In this document: one piece after another, positions 1 through 12,031 of the stretch
Layout: every line of letters begins with the position of its first letter
Numbering within the stretch: the stretch's first letter is position 1
Assembly (NCBI GenBank): GCA_051362555.1
Contig: CM120648.1
Span: 16,364,587-16,428,586, forward strand
Length of the DNA stretch: 64,000 nt
From: Lingula anatina
Lineage: Eukaryota; Animalia; Brachiopoda
Direction of reading: 5' to 3'
Made by a program: the position numbers and the translations under genes
Notes under the pieces: generated by a model
Told to the model about the DNA's origin: nothing
Seen by the model: the letters and a program-made list of their open reading frames with translations, nothing else
Databases searched by the model: none

Positions 1-285
1 TAGTTACAACAGTTTCTTACAAAAGCGCTGTCCATTAAGGAACAAAGATGAGAACTTATTTGAATAACCATCCAAAACCTGACGTGAGAGAGTAAGAATG
101 CGGTGGCATATCTTTGCAAGTAATATCAAAATTTTGCCAGCTAAAAGCAAGAACCTATTCGGGGAGAGATGACCCTTACCTCTTAGGTACCTCATCTCCT
201 TGAGCTGAACAACGATAATTACAGTCATTATGTACCTATGGTACGCCTGAACTATGAATTACGCTGAACTGCAATGGTATACTTA

Positions 286-444
286 GACCCCAATCAGAAT
301 AGGGGAATAACTAGTCCAAGGGTCAAATATGTCCGCCCACTTGGGATATCTATGCATTGTATATTAGAGGATTAGATATCAAGCTTTGTAGTGGGTCGCC
401 ATACTTGACCCTCGGACAAGTAAGTCCTCTTTTCTGAATGGGTC
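286..444. mobile_element. MITE, family A (long imperfect TIRs)
   Basis: Left arm GACCCCAATCAGAATAGGGGAATAACTAGTCCAAGGGTCAAATATG...CCCACT mirrors right arm AGTGGG...CATACTTGACCCTCGGACAAGTAAGTCCTCTTTTCTGAATGGGTC. A related copy lies at 36372-36553. Confidence 0.75.
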
Positions 445-1491
445 CCTAGTGCTGCAGTGAGAGAATGCTAAGTGCTGGGTAATTTTGCAATTTTGTCTGA
501 TCCCCACTTGATGTCGGATGGTTCGGTTTCACAGTTATTAAAACAGTAAAAACAATATCAAATATTGTGAAGTGTTTAAAATGTATTTTAATTCTTAACC
601 ATGTATTCAAAAAGTATTCTGTCTTAATATATGCTGGTCAACCTTCTCCATCAATTTTCAGTTGACCGCACTAACCTTCACTCTTCTTTCATACATTAAA
701 CGTCCTCGTAAATACACCATCGATGGGTTTTTCTGCACCAATCATTTTTTCTCTCTCTCTCTTTAGTATATCTTATTGCTGTTTTTTTATTTTTTTATCG
801 ATATTTAGCATTATTATTTCACCACTAATATTTTCCTAAGATTGTATTGTTCTTCATCCCAGATATATCTATATAAAAGTGTAGTTTTGGGGGTACAGGG
901 TGTATGAATGCTGTCAATTTCCTTCACTTTGCTACCATTTCTCTTTAATTCACACCATTCTTTTGTCACGCACTTACGTATCTCGTGTCCTTACCGAGCT
1001 GAAAAATATTTCATAACAAATAAAATTTCATGTAATAGGGCCTACATTGAATGACAAAGGGTAACACTACAATTTAACTGACTTTTCTGAACAAATCCAA
1101 TTCGGACAGTCTTTACTTGCATTGGGTTTCAACCATAAATATTTTGATCTGTCAATTTTTGGCTTCCAGACAGATGATTTAAAACAATAATCAGGTATAT
1201 TAACTGCAAAGTTTGATTTGTACCACCTAACACATATATTGTTTCCAAGGAATCTCGAGCATTATATAATCCCAGTGTTTGAACAAAGACCTTTGAGCAA
1301 ACTCTGATTGTGTTGTTTCACAAGAAGTCTCAAGGGTTTTGTTATTCCTACTTTACAAAAGGTGCCTTGAGCAAATCCTGCTTGTCTTGCTGCTCAGCCA
1401 TCCCCCCCCAATAGTTATTCTCTCACCCTGCTCCTTATAAAGCATATATATTTTTTACCTTTAATCATTAAGATAGATACAAAAAAAAAAA

Positions 1492-1538
<47 letters not shown>

Positions 1539-2296
1539 ATATATTCAAAGTGAGAATTAGTTCGAATTGTTATTGAATAAAAGTCTGAATGTTATTGGGG
1601 TGGAGCGGTTTTATTTTTTTATTTATTTATTTATTTTATTTATTTATTTATTTTTTTTTTTTTGATCACAGGCCTTTTCTTTTCCACCCCCATCCCCTTC
1701 CAACAAAAAAAATAATGAATGGTCCTCAATATTATAAACTGTGCTATTTCAAGATAGATAAACACATTATTTGTGATGGAAATGCTCTTTTCTAATCACA
1801 CCAATTTAACTAAAACATGGCACTTAATTTTGCCTTGGTTGTGAGTGCGGCCTTTAACTGACCGTTTCTTAAGGGTGTCACGACGAGTTTCATTTGAATA
1901 AAAACCCTGCTCAGAAAATACGATTAATATCCCCCTACTGACTACCTTTCAAAGTACTGTCTTCCTCTTATTTTCAAATCATTATTATTAGGCAATTCAA
2001 CTGCTTCTCATGAGCTGGGTCAATGAAGGCCAGGAAGACGTATGTCTGGATGAGTGTCACAGTAAACGGTAGTCCTACACAAGTCCACTCCATCACAAAA
2101 CCCAAATTAAAAACATGAGAAGATATTCTCTGGGGCTGCATCGTATCTGGAGGCGTAGGCTTGTATATTTTTGCAAAACATGTGTGGCGTATTTTTATCA
2201 TAATTAGTTATCAATGGAAACCGACGGACTTCTATCGCATCAACTCCAACAGCCACTGGTTGAAGCGTAAGATGTCAAACGTCAGTCATCTAACAG

Positions 2297-2304
2297 TATA
2301 AATA
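2297..2304 (+). promoter_or_regulatory. Candidate TATA box of the GPCR gene
   Basis: TATAAATA about 100 bp upstream of the ATG at 2406. Confidence 0.4.
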
Positions 2305-2405
2305 CATGCTTCGATTACTAAGACACGCATTGAGACTGCTCCAGATTGTGAACGACTTTGCGGCCATTTCCTTTACTCTGCAATTTTCTTTAAGTTTAAA
2401 GAGTC

Positions 2406-3536
2406 ATGAATACGACTGAGATGTCGGTCAACGGTAGCTCATATCCTGAAAAAGAGGAAAATGAAGAGGACTCTCCTGATTTGGGTTTCATCAATCTGTA
2501 TTATTTCGCTGTTGGTGGCATTACGGTTTCTGTCCTTTGTGTGGTTGGCCTTATTCTCAATTTTCTTTCAGTGGTTGTATTTTTACATTTCAAGAAACGG
2601 AGCCCGACTGTTTTCTTGTTGATATGTCTGGCAGTGGTCGATAACATTCAGATTTTAGCGTCCCTGCTTGACTTCAGCATCCCGGCCATGTACCCCTATA
2701 CTGGGTTGTTCAAAAACATCTTCTTCTTCCGGATGAAACACTTTCGTCTTCTGTATGGGTTGAAGTATTCCGTCTTCTTGATCCCACCCTGGTTAGTAGT
2801 GCTCATAACGTTCGACCGTTATCTACACCTTTGTTCTGAGAACGCCCTTGGAAGTGGAGCAACGGCAAGCATTAAAGTTTGGGCGTTAAGAGTTGGTGGC
2901 GTCGTGATTTTTGCCTTTCTGAACGATGTTCCACGGTATTTCTTTGGGTCACTACCTGAGCGATATTGTCCCTTGAACACGACATCTCCGATTTTCTGTC
3001 TTGGCGCCCCGATTCCGGTTTCAGAATTCCACAAAATGTACACATTTTTTTCTTTCTTTTTTGTGCAGTTCTTGGTTCCTTTCATAATTGTCTTGATCCT
3101 GAATGTGAAGATGGCTCACCACATGAGGGTTCTTGCCAAGAATCCGACTATGATTGCCATGCGCAAGTTGGGTGTCCATCGTACTCTAATCAAGATGACC
3201 CTGACCATCGCCCTTACCACTTTGGCCGTCTCCTTGATTCTGGCTCTATCTAGTCTCTTTGGACTTTTTGGGAAACAGCGCTTTGGTGAACTGCGAGACA
3301 TGGTGTTTGTATTCCCAGTTATAGTTTTGTTCAGTGTACTAAGCTCATGCATTCATTTCTTCATTTACGGTCTCTTTGGACAACAGTTCAGGACAACTCT
3401 GAAGTCGTTATGTTGCCATCGAAAGCCGAAAACAGAAGGACAAGCTGCTCACGCTGTGGCAGAACGCAACAGAAATGCAGAGCCGGAAGGACCCAAGCCA
3501 GGAGTGGCAGCTATCTCCACCATAGGTTCTGCTTGA
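2406..3536 (+). CDS. Intronless class A (rhodopsin-like) GPCR, FMRFamide/peptide-receptor-like, possible chemoreceptor
   Basis: 376-aa ORF with seven hydrophobic segments, N-terminal N-glycosylation sequons (NTT, NGS), TM2 LAVVD, TM3 FDRY, TM4-end DVPRYF and TM7/helix-8 HFFIYGLFGQQFR. Confidence 0.9.
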   Translation: MNTTEMSVNGSSYPEKEENEEDSPDLGFINLYYFAVGGITVSVLCVVGLILNFLSVVVFLHFKKRSPTVFLLICLAVVDNIQILASLLDFSIPAMYPYTGLFKNIFFFRMKHFRLLYGLKYSVFLIPPWLVVLITFDRYLHLCSENALGSGATASIKVWALRVGGVVIFAFLNDVPRYFFGSLPERYCPLNTTSPIFCLGAPIPVSEFHKMYTFFSFFFVQFLVPFIIVLILNVKMAHHMRVLAKNPTMIAMRKLGVHRTLIKMTLTIALTTLAVSLILALSSLFGLFGKQRFGELRDMVFVFPVIVLFSVLSSCIHFFIYGLFGQQFRTTLKSLCCHRKPKTEGQAAHAVAERNRNAEPEGPKPGVAAISTIGSA

Positions 3537-3603
3537 GCAGGCGAGACGAATCCTTTATCACAAGGTAAATGATTAATATTTGTTTGAGTTTGACCTTTTT
3601 CCT

Positions 3604-3657
<54 letters not shown>

Positions 3658-3968
3658 TCTACATGGGCTCATAAACCCGGTGTCATGTACCAGAAGGCCC
3701 CCCATGACTCTGTATCATGGTAATTAGGTTTAATATACAGGGTCCCCCGGACCCTGCATTTAACCGGACCCTACGTTTCATGACAGCTATCACGAAACAC
3801 CGAGTCCGCCTGTAATACAGAAAAACTGTATATCGCACAGGGTCTGAAAACTAGGGTCCTACTGTAGAATAGTAAATATTTGTAAAAGCGCTTTATATTC
3901 AAAGTCTTGGCATAATAGTATTATAATAAAGCAAACCTTTGATGTAAGTAAATATAACATAACAAAAC

Positions 3969-4062
3969 GACCTGGTGGTGTAGTGGAGAGCGACACCTAC
4001 AAAGAGCTTACTATGGAATGAATGTAGCAGTCTACCAGACATCGGTTCGAGTCCCCCAATGG
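3969..4062 (+). mobile_element. tRNA-derived SINE head (Pol III A and B boxes)
   Basis: A-box-like TGGTGTAGTGG at 3976-3986 and B-box GGTTCGAGTCC at 4044-4054; no cloverleaf. Confidence 0.45.
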
Positions 4063-4263
4063 ATTTGAATTTCGTGTACCGCCCATTTAGTGCTCTTAAT
4101 TTTCACCTATAATTAACTTAAAAGTAAAATATTTAACTTATTGTGTGTCATTCCGCAGTAAAATGTTTTATACACACTGATAATTACATTTCATTTCTTT
4201 TTCATTTGAGGTTTTTCACATATATTCCATTGCCTTGTGATCGTTTGAGCTAGGCCCCCCTAT

Positions 4264-4434
4264 ACGCGTGACTTATTTAACTACCACTCATAAATATGTG
4301 TAAGCTAGTCATACACAATGCAGCGATGCTTAGCTGTGCAAAACTTTAAACTAAACGCGTGACTTACAATGACTACCACTCAAGTGTGTGACAGCAAGCG
4401 TTATACAGTGCATCAGTGTTAAGCTGTGCAAAAT
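4264..4434. repeat. Diverged direct repeat, 2 copies of ~85-90 bp
   Basis: ACGCGTGACTTA...ACTACCACTCA...AGCTGTGCAAAA occurs twice. Confidence 0.7.
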
Positions 4435-6317
4435 ATGTTTTCTAGAAACGGACGGAATTCATTTATTATTAAAGTGTCATTGAAAATATACTCATTTAAT
4501 TTTGTTTTACAGTTTAAATAACTTATATTCAAATAAATTAAATGACCTATATATAAATGGAATCAACCCAAAAGGACTTCATTTCATGGTTCTCAAGGTA
4601 TAAAATGGCTAGCTGCTTGCGATGCCCTACACTGTCACCATGGATTTATTTACAACATGGCAGGTGTACCATGAAAAATTAGCTCCCAAAAATGTGACTT
4701 CCCATAATAAAAATCTGACTCCCCGGTCAAAATTTCATAATGAAAATCAGACTCCCCAAAGACACATTTTGACTTTTATCTTGAAGTATGCATAATGGAG
4801 GATATATTGACACTTTGTTAGTTTGCAGGTGAATTTTTTCATGAAAACAAAATTAAAAAATATGTATTTACCACCCAATGACTCCCCTATGAAAAAGTTA
4901 TTCAACTGATATTTGGTGATCATTTCAACATCTTTCTTTTTAGTATACTTTATAAATAATATATTGGACATATTTGAAAGTTCGATTTTAAAATAATGGG
5001 TGGAAAAAATCAGGAAAAATATTCATTTTCATTCGTAACCAAGGGGAGTCAAAATCCCACGGGCACAAGAATGCAAAGTTATTACCCTTTTTCATTAAAT
5101 TATCCCCACATTTCATTCAGTTTTTGAATGAGAAAATAATGGGAAAACCACAGCAAGTGTTTTGTTGGATTTGCTATAAATATGAAGAATTCAATTAAAT
5201 ATTTTCCTGATTTTTTTAAAATTGCATTCATAGGCTAAATAGAGCCAATCAAAGTTTATGAAATGCCAACAATACAAATTTATAGTACGTGTTTAATTTT
5301 TACGAGGGTTATCATGCTTTTTAAACCTTTAATCTTCATAGTTTTTCACTCCATATCTTTCTTCATCATGTTCAAAATCATATTCAAATTGCATGTTATA
5401 AGAATAATATTTTTAATTTTTACTCCTCAATGCAGACTGTCAGTATTAAAACGTAGGGTCCTAGGACTTTCCGTACTGAAATAGAGTATCTAGGGGGACT
5501 CTACATTTCAGATTATATAGTCCGGGACCCGTTATTTCGAGACAGGGAGTCCGCCGGACTCTCAGCTTTAAAACACCGGGTCCGCCGGACCCTAGAAACG
5601 TAAGACTTTGTGTTGCTTGACACCGGCGTAGCAAATATTACAAATATTATAATTGTAACAGTTTTGTCCACTTTTAATGTTATTTGGGAATAGAACTAAA
5701 TGATTAAGATCATAAGCATAAAGGTACAAGCCTGATTGCCTTGACTATACATAAAGTAAGCGTCAGCAATAGCATGTTCGTGGTTTATTGTGTAAAATGC
5801 CTTTGATTAATGTATGAAGCACAGGCACAGATCTTTCTGAACTTCAACTTGTCTTTCCATCAGAGTTTGGATGATAAAGAGTTTATTTCTTCTTGTCCCG
5901 CTGTCTGTTACAAAACCAAATTATTCTTGGCCCCTGTTCGAAAAAATAAAAACAAAAACAAAATAAAATAAATAAATGAATAAATAAGCCTAAGTCGGTT
6001 TCACTGAGAGCTTGGTTACCAACGTAATTAAGTCCATACATCACTAAGTCCCGTTTCACGAAAAATCTAAAGGGTCGCTTACGTTTTTTTTTTCTTAGCT
6101 GCTAGCCTACGAAGCCTAGACTCCTCCGGAGTCGTCTTAAGTCAGAAGGCTGTACTTAAACTCAGTAAATGAGAAGTAAGTAAAAAAATAGGGACAAAAT
6201 ACCTCCTTCAAGAAATTGTGTTATGATATCCTGAAATAGCATTGAATTTAACTGAATTTACAGACCCGTAGCCAGCAAATTCAAAGGGGGGGTGTCCTTA
6301 TCTAAGCAAAGGTCTTA

Positions 6318-6542
6318 GGATGCATTCCCAGAGATTTAGATCGATCCAGAGATTTAGATTTAGATCGACCTAACTCCCTGGGGGTTCACGCTAAATTGTA
6401 GTCAGCCGAGCGCGCACCATAGTTAATTACCCCCTTACAGCTTTTAGTAGGCGGGACAGACGCTTAAGCCGGCTAAGCTGACAGTAATCTTGTGAGACTT
6501 CCCACAGGGATAGATCGATATAAAATCTATGGGAATTGGGTC
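6318..6542 (+). mobile_element. MITE, family B (PIF/Harbinger-like, TTA TSD)
   Basis: TIRs GGATGCATTCCCAGAGATTTAGATCGA / TCGATATAAAATCTATGGGAATTGGGTC, flanked by TTA on both sides; six further related copies in the window. Confidence 0.85.
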
Positions 6543-7156
6543 TTAATCTACTACTCCTTCACATTAAGAAATATCTCACTCTGTGTAGACAGAATTTTAT
6601 TCAACCACTCTGGGGAGCATGCATATATTATTTATTAACCAAAAGAAGAAAAAATATATCTTCAGTCCTTATATCTACTGAGTCCTCAAAAGGCAGCTGA
6701 TCTAACGAATTGAAAAGTACAGAAAAATCATTCGTATGACTGGAAAGAATAATTGTTATAGTCTACTAAGATTCTATTACTTACAATTTCTACATGTATT
6801 TTACATTATTATTTGCAAGAACTTTTATTCTCAGCGTGTGAATGGTTTGTGCAAGGTGCCTTTGACTCTTGTGTTGTAAATATTAACATTCTCTATGAAA
6901 AAAGACACAGGACATAATGCATTGACGGCATTAATGCATTTGCAACAAATCAATAACTGCCCAACAACGAGCTCACCCAATCGACTGAAAATAGAGTAAA
7001 CTTGAGGACAATGATTGTCAACACCTGATCCAGACCTGACAAGTGATGATGAAAAAATACGTGTTCTTTCTGCACTGTTTGTTTCAAAGATTTAAGGTAT
7101 ACAAGAAATTATTTTCTTTAAAAAATGCCCATTTTTTCTTTCGTAAATCAGCATTG

Positions 7157-7191
<35 letters not shown>

Positions 7192-7498
7192 ACTAAAATT
7201 TTATTTTGGTGAGGTTCGCCTCTTAAGTGCGAAGTCGCTATTTTATTGTACTTCAAATATGCGGGGTGGCTGTGTATGTTACGATATGGACGATTTTTTT
7301 TTCAAATTTAGTATTGTAATATCTCATATCAAACCAAAATAATATTTGATCTACCAGTTAGTTGTTTCTTTTAAGTTATTTCTTGCAAAAGTGGTGTGTC
7401 TTTATATTGGTGACTGTATATAGTAATGCACATTTCATTCATTACACAGATTGATTTTTTACTAGATATTAACAGATATGTAACAGATGGCTAATCTC

Positions 7499-7763
7499 TG
7501 CACTGTGACCCTGTTCTGAAATATCAAGGATGATTACATGGCTTGTAACCGTTTGCATAACTACTCAGGCACGGTCACTTAGCAAGTCCCTGCAAAGTCC
7601 CCTTGACAGTAATCAAGATAGTTAATTGCTCATCTGTGACAATAAAACAGCCCTTTAACAGACAGACAAGACAAGGCAGGTTGCATAACAAGCGTTAATT
7701 ACATTGGCGCTAAGCCCAGCTCTCACTGAAGAGCGAGTACAAAGTCTTCTGCGCACGTGCAGA
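7499..7763 (+). repeat. Old dispersed repeat, inverted homologue at 30009-30273
   Basis: Colinear blocks such as TTTGCATAACTACTCAGGCAC, CACTTAGCAAGTCC, TGACAGTAATCAAGATAGTT and GAGCGAGTACAAAG match the reverse complement of 30009-30273. Confidence 0.7.
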
Positions 7764-7900
7764 GTTTTTAATTGAAAATTTTCAGTACAGGAATGTACAT
7801 ATACCTAAGTATGGTAAATGCACACTCACTCTCTTACACACACTCTCTCTCACACACACACACACACGAATATACGTTTATAATCTCATGAACAATAGGT

Positions 7901-7941
<41 letters not shown>

Positions 7942-8034
7942 GATCGATACCACAATGTATTCAACCAAACATACAATATATTATTAAACAAGAAAAAAGT
8001 GCACCATATTATTTTGCTGAAACAGATGAATACT

Positions 8035-9195
8035 AATTAAATTAAAACATGTCTGACCAATTTTCCCATTTTTTCAAAGTTTGTTAAATTTAGCTTTTTT
8101 AATGCATTGAATCTTTCTATTATAAATTGATCCTTTATGTTATTTATGAGTGAAGAAAGACGCATACATTCTTTCTTTTTGAAACTTTTTTAAATATAAA
8201 ATTTCGTACAACGAATCACAAAATTAATTGGGCAGTTTGGGTGTGTTGGATAGCCGAAAAGGATGCATTTTTCATTAAAGGTAATGTTTTTATTTGTTCT
8301 GTTAAAGATGTACGCCTTCAGTTCTTCCCAAATTTTCTTACTATACGCGCATTGGAAGAAAGTGTGCGAATTGTCTTCCCTGGCAACGCCACAAAGAGAA
8401 CAGACGTCATCGTTCTCAATCCCTATAGTTTTTAAATATGATTTAACAGGTAGGAGCCTTTGTATTATGCGATCTTGGAACCACTGCAGTTTGGTGTTCT
8501 TTGTTGTTTCGAAACAGTATAGACATATAGACATCTTTCCAGTGTATATCAAAATTTGCGTTCCATTTTTTTTTTTCGTTTGTCATCCGTGTAGCTGGCT
8601 TGTAGAGAGTTTGATAAAAGTCTCTACAACCTTTACTATGTTTGATAAGAAGCTCTATTGCTTGAGGCAAAAATGGGTGAGAGGTGATCTCAAGAACATC
8701 GTTTTGTGTTTGTATTCATAAGCCTGTGCTTAATAGAATTTCGTATACCGTAAAATGTAAGCTCACCACAGTTTTGTAGGCTAAATTTTTGTTCAAATTC
8801 TTCCTTTGTAAAACTTCTGTTATTTTCAAGAAAATCGCCAACAATTTTAACGCCTTTGTTAAACCATTTCCTTATAAACACAGGCTTGCCTCCAATCTTC
8901 AAGTTATCATTATACCAAATCGGCTCCACAGATATTATACTTTTTCTTGGCGTAATAGGCGTAGTAGGCGTGTTATCACTACTTTCCAGGAAACCAGAAC
9001 ATCTTTCCAAAAACAGTTACTACTGTCCTTAATAAGCTTGTCTAAATACGCGTTCCCAAAAGCAAATATATAACTTATTACATCTCTATCAAAAATAGCT
9101 TGGAGAAGTGGAGCATATATGTTGTCTGTCTGATAAATTCTTCTAATCCAAGTACATTTAAGAGAAGCAATAAAGTTAAATAAATCTTAAGACCA
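8035..9195 (-). mobile_element. 5'-truncated, frameshifted L1/Tx1-like LINE ORF2 C-terminus
   Basis: Translated pieces SLKCTWIRR, FWKDVL, EPIWYNDNLKIG, KLQWFQDRIIQRLLP and the zf-RVT motif CSLCGVAREDNSHTFFQC lie in different frames. Confidence 0.85.
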
Positions 9196-11462
9196 CAGGT
9201 TGATTCTTTTAAGTTATTTCTTGCAATGATGTGGTGTGCCCTTATATTGGTGTCTATATTTAGTAATGCACATCTTAATAGCCAGGTCCATTTGACATGC
9301 TCTGTCTCATAAGAAATAAAATATCTTCTTTAATTATTATAAACATATTTTAATGACGATAAAACTGAGTGTTTCATGAATTATTATGGTCTTTTAGTAG
9401 CAACTGTGATATGAAAAGCGTGCAAATTCACGTATACATAATGATAGTTGGTCAGACGTTCAAAAGAGATTGTGAAGCGTTCAACATTTGAAGGTACATG
9501 TATTAAATGAGATATTCTGAGTTATGCTAAACCACTATCCTCTACCAGGGCCGCAGATGAATTATGTTCACTTTTCTCCAACAGTAGAGAAATGTGCCAT
9601 GCCTTAGCATAGACATGACTGTTGATATCTAGTGAAAAATCAGTCTGTGGCATAGCTACTAAACCACCAGGCCATTTTAATCTATAAGAAGAGACAGTGT
9701 TAGTGCTGATGAGTAGCTCTCTTAGTGTAAAATTTTCTTAGATTAAAATTTAATTAAATCCATTACGAGCTTCGTCAAAACACAATTTTTTTATCACTCC
9801 ATAACATATCAACAATCCAATGTTATAACTGCAAGTTCGCTGTTTTTGAGGTGAAAATTGGTCAAATCTTCGAGAAATTTTAAAATGTTCACCATCTTAT
9901 TTGCCAAAATATAATTTACTATTTTCAGTTTTTTTTAATCGTTATATGTGCCAACTCGGCGGCAATGGATATAATACATGTACATGTATGCCTTTGCGAT
10001 GAAGGGGTGTTACTAAAATTTTTGTCACACAGAGGTGTGACACTGTCTGTGTGACTTAGAAGAGGTTTATCATTATCATTTTAGATTGCAGTTTACTACA
10101 TGGATGGAGCATTATGAAATTTAAAAGAGACTTTTTTACTTGACCTTGAGTGTTGGAAGCCGGGGGCCTTCACGGAATGGAAGAAAATGTCGTTTCCAAC
10201 TCAGGCAGAGTTTTATTTCTGCATCGAATAGTTAGAGAGCGCTTCTAGAAGGCAGACCTCCGCTAATAAGGCAAAATGCACATGTATATATTGTGAACTT
10301 GTATTCACTTATTCCCCTCCTGAAGAACTGATTATCCTGAAAAAATTCAATTGGTGAAGAGCTATTGAAATATCCGATACCATGAGAAACTCCGTTGGTA
10401 GCGCCGACCATTGGTGGAATGATAAACTAACAAAATGCATATAAATATACTATTCATAAATAGTGAAAACTTAACCACCTGAAAGCTTCATCAAGAGGAA
10501 AGCCGTAAAACAAGATTCCCAGTACGTTTGATAAGGATCAAGGCGATATAACATGATGAAATTTTGGATATGGAAGACACTGTCAAATCTGAAACCAATC
10601 TTTGGTGCTTTTTCACCAAAAATAGCTGGAAAAATGAAGTATATAATATTTTGATTACTTTACATACCCAAATTGAACAGTGACTGAATTAAAGGCATTC
10701 TGTATTTAGGGGCGTTATCTTAAATAATGTAGCGCTTCCCAACGGCGCCTTCGAAATCCACATCAGAGACGCAGCTTCAAGCACCACAGGCACTAATTAC
10801 GTCAGTCTCGTGACAAGAGGGTGCGAGATCGAGTTTCTTGTTTTACAGAACGTCGAGCTACGAAATTCTCGTTACGGATATCGTCAATGCAGGACATTTT
10901 ATCCTCAGAGAACACATAACTACAGCGTCTGAACGTCAAGTTTTGAGATCTTTGCCTTTCAGCCAGGAAAGGAACCAACAGTTTTTCTGCCAGCTCTCCA
11001 GATGATTTTGAATTACACTTCATCGCGGAACAATGTATTTGCACTTTTTAATACATTTGAACTCGTTTAAATCAAGATATACTGTCAGATTTTATTTTCA
11101 ACTCATTTACATGAAAAGCGTTATTTTTTTTAAAAACAACGTTTTTTTTTTTTTTGTCGCAGCTTAAAACACGCCGTCTGACACTTAAACGAGTTTGAAC
11201 AGCCAGATGCGTGTATACAGAGTACTTCTGGTAGAGAGTATAATTGCAATCGTTCACTGCACGCGATTTACAAGAGTGTCATTATGGAGTCGTAGGCAAC
11301 GTAATTACACTCTTGTCTGTCGCATACAGTGGGTGTCGATTGCTTATAACTACTTGTACTTTTTCCCAGAGACTAGTTGAGTGAAGACGTCATTTTTGTA
11401 CAAAAAATAGCCAGAGAAATAGTTAGGCTAACGTGTGCCTGCCTTATCTACAGGCTGCACTG

Positions 11463-11632
11463 CCCTTAGCAATATTGCTGCCAACTAAATGGTTACGGCG
11501 ACGAGTTTGCAGAATAAAAAAATTATTGATTAAATTTTCAGTCATATTGCAGCAAATTTGCTACAATTTTACAAGAAGGAATTGCAAGTCACAGCAATAT
11601 TGCAGCAAATTTGTAGCATCATTTGCTAAGGG
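11463..11632. mobile_element. MITE with CCC termini and 2-bp TSD (CACTA/EnSpm-like)
   Basis: TG|CCCTTAGCAA...TTGCTAAGGG|TG, with internal TTGCAGCAAATTTG-type subterminal repeats. Confidence 0.7.
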
Positions 11633-11683
11633 TGATGCTTCGAAAAACGGATAGTCACACGTGTATTGGGTTTACAATACAAC

Positions 11684-11875
11684 CCGGTGTGACGTGACAG
11701 AGAGTCCCACCATTTTAGGGTCCGCCGAACCCTCATTTTTAAACTTTTATTACACCCGGACTCTACGTTTCACAATATATCGCAGAGACCCTGTTTTTCA
11801 ATGTGGACCCTCAGTTTCAGAAACCAGGGGTCCCGGACTTTTAGTCACACCGGACTCTTATTCCCGTCACACCGG
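11684..11875. mobile_element. MITE with CCGGTGTGACG TIRs
   Basis: CCGGTGTGACG...CGTCACACCGG termini and internal GGACTC/GGACCC motifs. Confidence 0.65.
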
Positions 11876-12031
11876 TATAACAGGAATGGTAGTCCTGGGA
11901 ATAAAAGTCGCATATGCTTAGTACGGGTTAGGGTTAGTCAGAGTATTGGGGTTGGTATTTTGGACGAATGTTACCAGTACAAAGTAATGGGGAACGGACT
12001 ACGATTCCTTGTGGACTCCATTCCTGGCACA
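11876..12031 (-). mobile_element. MITE, family with AGGAATGGAAGTCC-type TIRs
   Basis: CAGGAATGGTAGTCC...GGACTCCATTCCTG with internal GGGTTAGGGTTAG; reverse-oriented homologue at 39379-39528. Confidence 0.65.

Larger units (their letters stand above)
3677..5626. mobile_element. Putative non-autonomous DNA element with CCGGTGTCA...TGACACCGG termini, interrupted by other insertions
   Basis: Terminal inverted 9-mers and clusters of GGGTCC/GGACCC/GGACTC subterminal motifs at 3730-3860 and 5450-5600. The same motifs occur in the compact element at 11684-11875. No clear TSD. Confidence 0.4.

Noticed and set aside
2819-3568. Overlapping and antisense ORFs within the GPCR, and similar shadow ORFs over peroxidase, PGD and gag exons
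   Set aside because: Shadow frames of real coding sequence with no recognisable motifs.
3969-4062. tRNA gene
   Set aside because: A and B boxes are present, but the spacing is long and I could not fold acceptor or anticodon stems; treated as a SINE head.
10802-11044. THAP-like ORF (HCSAMKCNSK)
   Set aside because: Only the first Cys pair resembles THAP; the conserved Pro, Trp and C-x-x-H-F are missing and the start is not ATG.
11929-11937. Telomeric TTAGGG repeats (also at ~39476)
   Set aside because: Only one or two units, internal to a MITE family.
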